From Candidatus Woesearchaeota archaeon (lineage in GTDB: Archaea > Nanobdellota > Nanobdellia > Woesearchaeales > WJKV01): a DNA stretch of 41,643 bases. A program made the translations under genes and the position numbers. Location of the stretch: the NCBI GenBank assembly GCA_019323355.1, contig JAHWHI010000014.1, positions 1 through 41,643 on the forward strand, in the 5' to 3' direction. Positions 7,904 through 15,963 of the stretch are shown one piece after another (the first letter of the stretch is position 1; each line of letters starts with the position of its first letter). Below the pieces are notes generated by a model. It searched no databases, was not told the DNA's origin, and was given only the letters and a program-made list of their open reading frames with translations.

Positions 7904-9310
7904 TTATCTGATCTTAATATTTTTCAAACGTATCGAAGGACCTCCAGTTGTTACTGGGACTCCCTGGGAAGGCTCTCCCTTTCCGCATGTTGCTGCCCTT
8001 AATTCGATTTTTTTTCCGATCGCGTCGACAGCTGACCAGAACTTTGGAGTTGTTATCTCAAGCACAGGAGCGACCAGAGGATACATTATCTTTCCATTCT
8101 TTACATAGTATGCCTCTGAACCAACATATTTCTGGTTGAAACGTTTGTCGTCAATGTTCCATTCCTGGAAACCTTCCATGTAGATCCCTTCTTTTGTATC
8201 AGCAATTATCTCGTCGTGTGTCCAGTCACCGGGTTCAGTATATGTGTTAGACATCCTGACAATAGGCTCGTTTGCAAATACCTGTGCTCTGGCACATCCA
8301 TTGCTCTTCAAACCCATCTTTGCTGCTGTTTCTCTGTTATGAAGAAATTCATTGACCTTTCCGTTTTTCAACAAGTAGCGCTTTCTTGCTTTTACGCCTT
8401 CACAATCATACAAAAAGTAGCCTGCAGTTCCTTCAAGTAGAGGATTGTCAACAACATTCACAATCTCTGCACCGATCTGCTCTCCCACCATATCCCGCTT
8501 GATAAAGGATTCTCCGGCCTGTGCACTCTCTCTTCCAAGAATCCTGTCAGCCTCATAGGGATGGCCGACGCTCTCGTGGGAAGCTATGCCTGTAACTTCT
8601 GGACCGCAGATTATGCTATAATTGCCTGATTTAATTTTCTTACCTTTTTGGATATTTTCTTTTAGTTTTAATGCTATTTCAAGAGCGTGATCTGATACTT
8701 TCCATTTCTTGAAGACCTCCAGACCTCCGAGAGAATTATACTGATAAAATCTCTGCCTCATATCCTTTTTTTCCTTGACTGTCATGAACCAATAAAGCTC
8801 GACTCTTGGTATTATAGAAGTTATCTTTGTCCCTTCTGTATTTGCAATGATCTGCTTCCTGTGATCGTGTTCAAGATAAAAATGCCTTGCTGGAACTTGA
8901 ACTTTTGATTTTGTCAGAGTAGAATCAATATCGTAGAGTAGCTTAAGCTTCTCTGCAGGATCAATATCTCTTGGATCAGTCTTCATCTTGACTTCCACTT
9001 TCTTTTTATGGGATTTTTCTTCTGAGAAGACTATCGGCTCTTTCATCAATCTAGAACCTATCTTTGTTATCTTTTTCGCCCTAAGTACCATCTGTTTTAT
9101 GCTTGTTTTGTCAAGCTTGTTTGTCGAAGCAAAACCTAACGTGCCATTTATCAGGAGACGTACACCAATCCCGTTTTGAGTCGAGAAACCTCCCAGCTCG
9201 GGATTTCCATTCTTCAAGAAATAAGCGTCATCCTCAATCTCCTCAAGACGTACCTCTGCATATTTTGCATCTTTACATAAACCTAGTACGTAATCAACTA
9301 TCTCCTCCAT
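7904..9310 (-). CDS. tldD: TldD-family zinc metalloprotease
   Basis: HESVGHPYEADR (HExxxH), GNYSIICGP, RMSNTYTEPG and the C-terminal GKGEPSQGVPV block. Confidence 0.9.
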   Translation of the reverse strand: MEEIVDYVLGLCKDAKYAEVRLEEIEDDAYFLKNGNPELGGFSTQNGIGVRLLINGTLGFASTNKLDKTSIKQMVLRAKKITKIGSRLMKEPIVFSEEKSHKKKVEVKMKTDPRDIDPAEKLKLLYDIDSTLTKSKVQVPARHFYLEHDHRKQIIANTEGTKITSIIPRVELYWFMTVKEKKDMRQRFYQYNSLGGLEVFKKWKVSDHALEIALKLKENIQKGKKIKSGNYSIICGPEVTGIASHESVGHPYEADRILGRESAQAGESFIKRDMVGEQIGAEIVNVVDNPLLEGTAGYFLYDCEGVKARKRYLLKNGKVNEFLHNRETAAKMGLKSNGCARAQVFANEPIVRMSNTYTEPGDWTHDEIIADTKEGIYMEGFQEWNIDDKRFNQKYVGSEAYYVKNGKIMYPLVAPVLEITTPKFWSAVDAIGKKIELRAATCGKGEPSQGVPVTTGGPSIRLKNIKIR

Positions 9311-9323
9311 TTTTTAAATTCCT

Positions 9324-10346
9324 TTACTCTTTGTACGCTGCTGCTGAAAGCTTTTCCAGCTCTTTACTGGCTTTGCGCATAGGCTCTAGAAGAATATTGA
9401 TTTCTTTTGCAAGAGCGTTCTTTAAATCTAATGGATGCAGTTCTTTTTTCCTGTAAGCTTGCTCAAGATCTGCATAATTTGTAAATTCCAGGTTGCCGCC
9501 GAATTTTTCAGGGCGTTCGATTATGAATGGTTTTCCTTTATCTCCTTTGAGAACCATTATGACATGCTGGATGAATGCAAGGACACCGTTTTCTTCAACA
9601 ATCCCCGGCTCGCAGTAAGCGCTCTTTATCTTGTCTATGACTGTCTTCTCGTCGTCGAGAAGATCGATCTTTGACTTTGGATCTGAGGCGCTCATCTTCT
9701 TTCCGATAAGGCCCGGAATCATCGGTGTCATGAGTTCAATCCGGGATTTATACCCGATTTTAGGTAGTGATTCTCTAGCAAACATCAATATTTTTCTTTG
9801 GTCAACACCACCATATTGTACATCAACTTTCAGGTATTCTTCATCCAAGGTCTGGACAAGAGGATAGATCAGACCAGATAACTTTGGATTGTCTGATTGC
9901 TTTACCACATCAGAAGCTGCTTTCCGTGCGTCATGCACAGAAGTAAAAGTGCTTAATTTTAGTAAGTCAAAGAAATATTTCTTATCCAGATTTATGTCTG
10001 AGGCTTTAACAATCTCAAATTCTTTTATATCAGCTCCAAGAGACTTGAACATCAAAGGGATAGCTTTCTGATAATATTTATATCTCTTATCAAGGATATC
10101 CCAAGGAGTGTTGTCCAGAGCCCCTGTGATGTCTGACAGCAGAAGCTTGACATGAAATCCAGCTTTAAGAAAATCAGCAAGCTTTAGCACCCAGATGAAA
10201 TATGCTATATGCGGTTTTCCAGTTATAGCTGTGCCAATATATACTACAGGTTTTTTCTTTGTCTTGAGGAGTTTCTTCAGTTCCTCCTCTGTCACAATCT
10301 CTGCAGTATTTCTCTTAATTAGATTAAACTTTTCTTCGACATTCAT
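9324..10346 (-). CDS. tyrS: Tyrosine--tRNA ligase (archaeal type)
   Basis: Collinear with archaeal TyrRS: IKRNTAEIVTEEEL, a HIGH-like GKPHIAY, KMSASDPKSKI (KMSKS), RPEKFGGNLEF, ELHPLDLKNA. ATG at 10346 (GTG at 10355 is possible). Confidence 0.93.
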   Translation of the reverse strand: MNVEEKFNLIKRNTAEIVTEEELKKLLKTKKKPVVYIGTAITGKPHIAYFIWVLKLADFLKAGFHVKLLLSDITGALDNTPWDILDKRYKYYQKAIPLMFKSLGADIKEFEIVKASDINLDKKYFFDLLKLSTFTSVHDARKAASDVVKQSDNPKLSGLIYPLVQTLDEEYLKVDVQYGGVDQRKILMFARESLPKIGYKSRIELMTPMIPGLIGKKMSASDPKSKIDLLDDEKTVIDKIKSAYCEPGIVEENGVLAFIQHVIMVLKGDKGKPFIIERPEKFGGNLEFTNYADLEQAYRKKELHPLDLKNALAKEINILLEPMRKASKELEKLSAAAYKE

Positions 10347-10369
10347 AAGAATCACGTTTCTTATCTTTC

Positions 10370-10570
10370 TTATCCCTGGTGGGACATGACTCCGATAATC
10401 CGCGATCTCTTCCGGATCATAGGCTGCACTTTGACTTTCATTCCAGTCTTCAGTCTCTTTTTCAGAGGCGCCTCAACATCAACCTCGATTGGGGCTGCTC
10501 TTCCGATCTGGACCATTGTGCTTGGAGCTACACGGACAACAGTGCCTGTCTTGTATGCGTATTTTGCCAT
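10370..10570 (-). CDS. Small basic protein of unknown function (66 aa)
   Basis: Strong GAGGTGAT SD 7 nt upstream of the ATG, a TATA-like box further upstream, and tight packing ahead of tyrS. No family recognised. Confidence 0.5.
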   Translation of the reverse strand: MAKYAYKTGTVVRVAPSTMVQIGRAAPIEVDVEAPLKKRLKTGMKVKVQPMIRKRSRIIGVMSHQG

Positions 10571-10672
10571 AAATAATCACCTCGATAAACTAAAGAACAA
10601 GCATTCTTTATATAATTTTCTTTTATAAAGGGCTAGAAAACCTTTTTATAATCATTCCCAGAGTAAAAGGAT

Positions 10673-11491
10673 ATGGCGCAGATGATAAGTGTGACTGCAC
10701 TCTCAGCATATCTCTACTGCAGGAGAAAACTATATCTGGAACAGGTATTAGGGTTGAAGGAGGTTCCAAAAGAGACCGTGATCGTAGGTAAGATCAGGCA
10801 CAATGTATATGATCTTGTGAACAGGCAGGAGAAAGGTATTGTGCTTTCAATCCATGAGAACAATATCGACCAGATCGAAGAGAAATATAAGACAAATTAT
10901 TCAAATAATCTCAAGAATTCAATAAAACTGAACAAGACACTTCTGCATAACCTGAAGTTTAATCTTAGTGATGTCTACAGACAGTTATGGCCCACATTCC
11001 TGGAGGAAGCAAGAATAAGGGCAGCTGCTCTCAGAGGCTTTGTCGAAAAGAACAAAATATTTGGACCTAAATTATGGGAGAGACTAACGCCAAAGATAGA
11101 ATCCGAGGTATTTGTATCTTCAAAAGAACTCGAGCTTAAAGGAAAGATAGACCGGATTGAAAAACACGATGATAAGATAGTGCCAATCGAGCTGAAGACA
11201 GGAAAAGCTCCAAGAGAGAGTGTATGGGAGGGGCATCTGATCCAGATAGGGGCTTATATGATGCTTCTTGAAGAACAGTTCCAGAAGCCTGTCAATGACG
11301 GCATGGTTGAATATCTGACTGAAAAAATAAAAAGGCCTGTGAAAATGAACCCGTTTCTCAAGAATGACATAATGAAGCTCAAGGAGGAAGTCAAAGAATT
11401 GCTTGCCTCAGATAAACTGCCTGAGATCACTGAAAACAAGAACAAATGTAAGATCTGCGGGCTCAGGGATGAGTGTTATAGGCTCAATTAA
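10673..11491 (+). CDS. Cas4-like PD-(D/E)xK exonuclease with a 4-Cys Fe-S cluster motif (stand-alone)
   Basis: N-terminal Cys in YLYCRRKLY. Nuclease motifs IDRIE / PIELKTGK (D...ExK) and QIGAYMMLLE (QxxxY). C-terminal CKICGLRDEC (CX2CX5C). Confidence 0.8.
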   Translation: MAQMISVTALSAYLYCRRKLYLEQVLGLKEVPKETVIVGKIRHNVYDLVNRQEKGIVLSIHENNIDQIEEKYKTNYSNNLKNSIKLNKTLLHNLKFNLSDVYRQLWPTFLEEARIRAAALRGFVEKNKIFGPKLWERLTPKIESEVFVSSKELELKGKIDRIEKHDDKIVPIELKTGKAPRESVWEGHLIQIGAYMMLLEEQFQKPVNDGMVEYLTEKIKRPVKMNPFLKNDIMKLKEEVKELLASDKLPEITENKNKCKICGLRDECYRLN

Positions 11492-11591
11492 AAAGGTTAA
11501 AAAGGCCCATATCACTAATGGGGATATTTCTGATACTGACACAGAAAGATTTAAATATTAAGATGAATCTTTCTTGACCAGAGGGATTGTT

Positions 11592-11855
11592 ATGCCAGAA
11601 GCTGATAAACGAATAAGCAAGGAAATTGTTGGTCGGACAGTAGTCAGTAAAACAGGAAAAAGATTCGGCGAAGTTTCAGATGTTATCTTTGAAACAAGAA
11701 GCGGAGAACTTATCCATATTCTTCTAAAGAATCCTACAAGTTATGCTGATAAATTAGATCTTGAAAAAGACAAGAACGGCAATATCCTAATCCCATTCTC
11801 AGCAGTTATCGCAATGGGAGATTTCATGGTCATTGCTGAAGAAGATATTATATAG
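11592..11855 (+). CDS. PRC-barrel domain protein
   Basis: GRTVVSKTGKRFGEVSDVIFETRSGELIHILL...IPFSAVIAMGDFMVI is the PRC-barrel pattern. GAGGGAT SD precedes ATG 11592 (the ORF-track TTG is at 11574). Confidence 0.75.
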   Translation: MPEADKRISKEIVGRTVVSKTGKRFGEVSDVIFETRSGELIHILLKNPTSYADKLDLEKDKNGNILIPFSAVIAMGDFMVIAEEDII

Positions 11856-11915
11856 TTTATTCTTATAGATTTAGCATCAGAAACTTTAATAAATAGAACG
11901 GAATCTTTGTCTAAC

Positions 11916-12866
11916 ATGGAGAATATCTGGACTGAAAAATACAGGCCTTCTAAATTTGAAGAGGTAAAAGGACAGAAGGAAATAGTTTCCAGAGTGAAAG
12001 CTTTTGTCGAGAATAAAAATATGCCTCACCTTCTTTTTTCTGGCCCTGCAGGGGTAGGGAAGACAACATTGGCATTGGTCATTGCAAAACAGATGTTCGG
12101 TGACAACTGGAAAGCTAATGTTCTTGAACTGAATGCTTCTGACGAGCGTGGAATTGATGTGATCCGTGTTAATGTGAAGAATTTTGCGCGGATGCGTGCG
12201 ATTGATGACGTGCCATTCAAGATAATCTATCTGGATGAATGTGACGCTCTCACAAAAGAAGCACAGCAGGCATTGAGAAGGACAATGGAGAACTATACAA
12301 AAACATGTAGATTTGTGCTCTCCTGCAACTATGCTTCTAAGATCATTGATCCGATAAAAAGCAGATGTGCTGTGTTCAAGTTCCTTCCATTGGATAAAGA
12401 GGATATTTTTGAAGTCATTGATAAAATCGCAAAAGAGGAAAAGATATCAGTGGATGAAAAGACAAAACTAGCTTTGTTTGAAGCAAGCAACGGAGACTGC
12501 CGAAAAGTTGAGAACATCATGCAGAGCTGTGCTGCGATCTCGAATACAATAAATGAAGACACTGTCTTTGCCATTGCATCGACTGCAAAACCAAAAGAGA
12601 TCGCAGAGATAATAACACTTGCTGTGAACGGCAAATTTACCAATGCTAGAGACAAGCTATTGAAGACCATGCAAGATTATGGCCTTTCTGGAATTGACAT
12701 CATAAAACAGATAACCAAAGAAGTATGGGGCTTGAATGTGGATGACCGGAAAAAGATCCATATGATCGATACTTGCGGAGAGTGCGAGTTCAGAATAGTA
12801 GAAGGCAGCGATGAATTCATCCAATTAGAGGCTCTTCTTGCAAAGTTTGGGATGAAATTAAATTAA
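11916..12866 (+). CDS. rfcS: Replication factor C small subunit
   Basis: WTEKYRP (RFC box II), GPAGVGKTT (Walker A), IIYLDECD (DEAD-like Walker B), SCNYASKIIDPIKSRC (SRC motif). The TTG at 11907 is an alternative start. Confidence 0.93.
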   Translation: MENIWTEKYRPSKFEEVKGQKEIVSRVKAFVENKNMPHLLFSGPAGVGKTTLALVIAKQMFGDNWKANVLELNASDERGIDVIRVNVKNFARMRAIDDVPFKIIYLDECDALTKEAQQALRRTMENYTKTCRFVLSCNYASKIIDPIKSRCAVFKFLPLDKEDIFEVIDKIAKEEKISVDEKTKLALFEASNGDCRKVENIMQSCAAISNTINEDTVFAIASTAKPKEIAEIITLAVNGKFTNARDKLLKTMQDYGLSGIDIIKQITKEVWGLNVDDRKKIHMIDTCGECEFRIVEGSDEFIQLEALLAKFGMKLN

Positions 12867-12893
12867 GAGAAAAAGAAAATAAAAAAGAAATGC

Positions 12894-13853
12894 TTATTCT
12901 TCTGGAAGCACTGCAATGCTTGTGCTTATTGTTTCTTTGTAGTCATACTGCAGCTTGATATTGATTGACTTTACAAAGTCATTCTGGACAGCAATATCCT
13001 GCTTGCACCTGATGATTGCCTCTCCAGCCCGCAGATCTGCGTAACCAGTATTGTCAGAACCTTCTCTCAGACCAGAACATACAAGGCCTGGAAGTCCAGT
13101 ATCAATCTCTACAAAGACACGGTTCTCGTCAACCCTCTGCGGATTGCAATCACTAGCAAGCCTGTATACCTTTCCGTTTCCTTTTTTCTGGATCCTGAAT
13201 GTGAAAGCCAGTGCTGTTGAGCTTGCTGCATTCTCTGTCAGCTCTACGACCTGTACTGGAGATGCACTGTTCTGGACAACCCGAGAACCATCTACAGCAC
13301 ATACACCTTCTTCCCTGGATCGAAGATCCTTTCGGATACATAATGAGCTTATTGCTTTTGTGCCGTATTTGTAGCAGATGTCAGCCCGTACTGGATAAGT
13401 TGTATCTCCTAAGACCGGCTGTTCCCGATTCAAACTTTCGTAGATAATGTAAACTGCGTTTGACGGAATTACAGTGCCTTGCGGATCCCGATATTTTGCA
13501 AGAAGGTCTTCGTCTGGGTTCTTCCGAGCTTCTGTGTAACCAAATTCTGCAGGATCAAGACCGCTAAGAGTTACTGTGACATCGTCTTTCATAACTTCCC
13601 ATTCACCGTCATTGATCAGCTGGATCTCAACATCAAACGGATCTGCTCCGCCGCTGAAGACCTTATCTCTTGGCCTGTCTGGCGAGAATTCCAATAAAAG
13701 TCCATTTGTTCCGCCAATAAAAGCTCTTGTCTCGACAGTTCCTTTGTCTCCGCCAAAGATCCCACGTTCCTCTCCAACATCTCTTTGTGCGCAGCCTACT
13801 GCTAGAACTGTTATAGCAAGTAAAATCATTGCAATAATATGTAGTTTTCTCAT
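12894..13853 (-). CDS. Putative secreted lipoprotein, paralog 1 of a local family
   Basis: Signal peptide with lipobox (ILLAITVLAVGC), GGAGG SD, beta-rich sequence. Shares CYxYxT...CI, APVxV and C-terminal Y-x-Y blocks with the two neighbouring genes. Confidence 0.7.
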   Translation of the reverse strand: MRKLHIIAMILLAITVLAVGCAQRDVGEERGIFGGDKGTVETRAFIGGTNGLLLEFSPDRPRDKVFSGGADPFDVEIQLINDGEWEVMKDDVTVTLSGLDPAEFGYTEARKNPDEDLLAKYRDPQGTVIPSNAVYIIYESLNREQPVLGDTTYPVRADICYKYGTKAISSLCIRKDLRSREEGVCAVDGSRVVQNSASPVQVVELTENAASSTALAFTFRIQKKGNGKVYRLASDCNPQRVDENRVFVEIDTGLPGLVCSGLREGSDNTGYADLRAGEAIIRCKQDIAVQNDFVKSINIKLQYDYKETISTSIAVLPEE

Positions 13854-13866
13854 GATAAATTCCTCC

Positions 13867-14901
13867 TTAACCGAAGCCTAAATTTTCGATCAAAATTGGC
13901 TGGACAATGCTTTGTGTGACACGGTATTCTGTTTTTATTGTCAAAGGCGTGTTAAGCACGTCAGGTCCAACATCAAGTGTTGCAAAACATGAAAGAACAG
14001 GATTCTCGCGATAGATATTGAACTTATTGTCAGTATTCTTTAACAGCGGACATTCTAGATCTGTTGTTGCAAGTATTGTCGGAGCAACAACTGTGCCTTC
14101 TTCTGTGAACTGGATCCATCCATAATTCTGCCTCTCTAATGGGGCATCTGGATCGCATGCATCGACATCGTCTCCAGTCCTCAAGGATGTTGCCTGTATA
14201 TCGTATATCTTGAGATTCTGGGATTCATCCACTTGGTTAAAATAAATGTCAAACCTTACACGCACCTGGTCAGGACTTATCTTGTCTGTACGGTAATCAA
14301 CCTTTGTGACAGACACTGGTGCTGCCTGGCCTGCTGACAATGTCACAGAAGCCTCTTTTGGACAGCCAGAACCATCTTTCTGGCCACTGCCATCCCTGTC
14401 AATACATATAGGGAAGCTTGCCTGTGTCGCATAATCATAACATGCTGTGATAATCGTATCCTGCTTTAATCTTGGAGTTCCAAGTTCGAGTACATTTTCT
14501 TCGTTCACATCCCCGCTGAATGTGATCAACTGCTCTCCACCTGGACCGTATCTTGTTTTTCCTGGCAGGTCAGATCCCTCTATTTCTTTTTCTTCTTCCT
14601 CATATTCAAGATAACTTGGGTCATAACCATAGATGATCAGTTTCATCGGCCTGTAGGAAGCAAGATCACGTGGAGGCCATCTTCCTAGATTCTTAAGATT
14701 TACAAGGTAAGAAAAACTTTGGCCTGGTGTCAGCTTCATCTCTTCTGGACTCTCCAGAGTGATATCGATTCCGCGCAATCCTTCCAGGTACTGCCCTTCT
14801 TCAAATGCAGGACCCTCATTCTGCTGGTCTCTTGCGCAGGAAACTGAAAAGATTAGCATAGAAATCAGGATAATTGCAAATATTACGTATTTAACCTTCA
14901 T
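13867..14901 (-). CDS. Putative secreted lipoprotein, paralog 2
   Basis: Signal peptide with lipobox (ISMLIFSVSC). Conserved blocks ACYDYATQASFPICI, GQAAPVSVTKVD and IKTEYRVTQSIV. Confidence 0.7.
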   Translation of the reverse strand: MKVKYVIFAIILISMLIFSVSCARDQQNEGPAFEEGQYLEGLRGIDITLESPEEMKLTPGQSFSYLVNLKNLGRWPPRDLASYRPMKLIIYGYDPSYLEYEEEEKEIEGSDLPGKTRYGPGGEQLITFSGDVNEENVLELGTPRLKQDTIITACYDYATQASFPICIDRDGSGQKDGSGCPKEASVTLSAGQAAPVSVTKVDYRTDKISPDQVRVRFDIYFNQVDESQNLKIYDIQATSLRTGDDVDACDPDAPLERQNYGWIQFTEEGTVVAPTILATTDLECPLLKNTDNKFNIYRENPVLSCFATLDVGPDVLNTPLTIKTEYRVTQSIVQPILIENLGFG

Positions 14902-14988
14902 TTTTCATCCATCACTTTTATACTGTTCTTAATAGGGATTCTATATATAAACCTTTTGATTGGTTCCATATATGGATTATATATGATT

Positions 14989-15963
14989 TTATCTATTGAC
15001 AACTATCTTTTTTATTGTCAGTTGCTTTGATTCACCGATTTTATAGGCATATCTCAAACTTATCTGCAGGGGCGAGCGGGTTGCTGGCTTTCGCGGAAGG
15101 TCTACCACTTCACATTTGATCTTTGCCATGTTGTTGTCAAGATGAGTGTCTCTGCTGCAAGTCATAGCATCTCCGCCTGTCTGGGAATCAAAACTGTAAT
15201 CTGTTGAAAGCTGGACTGCAAAATCAAAATTGTTCAAAGTATCTTTTGGATATCCGCCAGGACCGCAGACCAAATCCAATGTTGATTTATCTCCAGGATA
15301 TTTCCTGTGGCGAAAGACCTGACCTTCTCCTTTATTTTCTACTGTGATGACAAAGGTAAGCTTGACTTTATCCTCAGGAACGTTTGTTATTATCTCTTCG
15401 ACATCTGTGACTGCAAGAGGTGCTCCCTGACCTTCAGAAAGATTAAGTTTCTTATTAGCTTCCTCGAACTCGCAGGTGAATGCTCCTACTCTCGCTCCGA
15501 TGCATCCGATCATATCTGCGATTGTCTCATAAGAATAACATAAGTTTACAGGAACTTCGACCTGAAGATCTTCTGTTGCAAAATCTATTGGTCCGGCCTT
15601 GAAAGTGAATATCTCTGGAGCTGGGACATAACCTCCGCTTGGATTATAGGAAGACCGCCCCTCGATCTTGTCCAGTTTTCTTGATGCTGTTGATTCATTG
15701 ATCAATGGAGGAGAAGATCCTAGGACAAGGATGCTTTCCTCTGCAGTATAAGCGCCTTTATTGTGGAGATCAACCTGCACCATGAAGATGTCATTCACAT
15801 ATACGTCTGTCTTTGGGAAGTCTGTAAAAGAGTACTCAAGACCACTATATCCTATCCTGTAAAGTTCTTTTTCATAAGTGTCATACATACCTAAATCACA
15901 TGCTGCTGCCAGAACTAAAACTGTAAGCAAACTAAATGCTAGTAATATTTGTTTGTGGTTCAT
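14989..15963 (-). CDS. Putative secreted lipoprotein, paralog 3
   Basis: Signal peptide with lipobox (LTVLVLAAAC). Conserved blocks LCYSYETIADMIGCI, GQGAPLAVTDVE and ISLRYAYKIGES. The start overlaps the end of the upstream gene by 32 nt. Confidence 0.7.
   Translation of the reverse strand: MNHKQILLAFSLLTVLVLAAACDLGMYDTYEKELYRIGYSGLEYSFTDFPKTDVYVNDIFMVQVDLHNKGAYTAEESILVLGSSPPLINESTASRKLDKIEGRSSYNPSGGYVPAPEIFTFKAGPIDFATEDLQVEVPVNLCYSYETIADMIGCIGARVGAFTCEFEEANKKLNLSEGQGAPLAVTDVEEIITNVPEDKVKLTFVITVENKGEGQVFRHRKYPGDKSTLDLVCGPGGYPKDTLNNFDFAVQLSTDYSFDSQTGGDAMTCSRDTHLDNNMAKIKCEVVDLPRKPATRSPLQISLRYAYKIGESKQLTIKKIVVNR

Noticed and set aside
11505-11530. Short hairpin CCCAT-N7-ATGGG after the Cas4-like gene as a terminator
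   Set aside because: The stem is only 5 bp and no adjacent oligo-T run is present, so it is indistinguishable from chance.
10573-11573. Search for a CRISPR array or cas partners around the Cas4-like gene
   Set aside because: The flanking spacers are 80-100 nt of AT-rich promoter-like sequence without direct repeats. The neighbours are unrelated housekeeping genes.
15932-15963. 32-nt overlap between the giant ORF and lipoprotein paralog 3 as a frameshift or fusion artefact
   Set aside because: The downstream gene has its own ATG followed by a complete signal peptide and lipobox. The frames differ, and short overlaps are common throughout this window.
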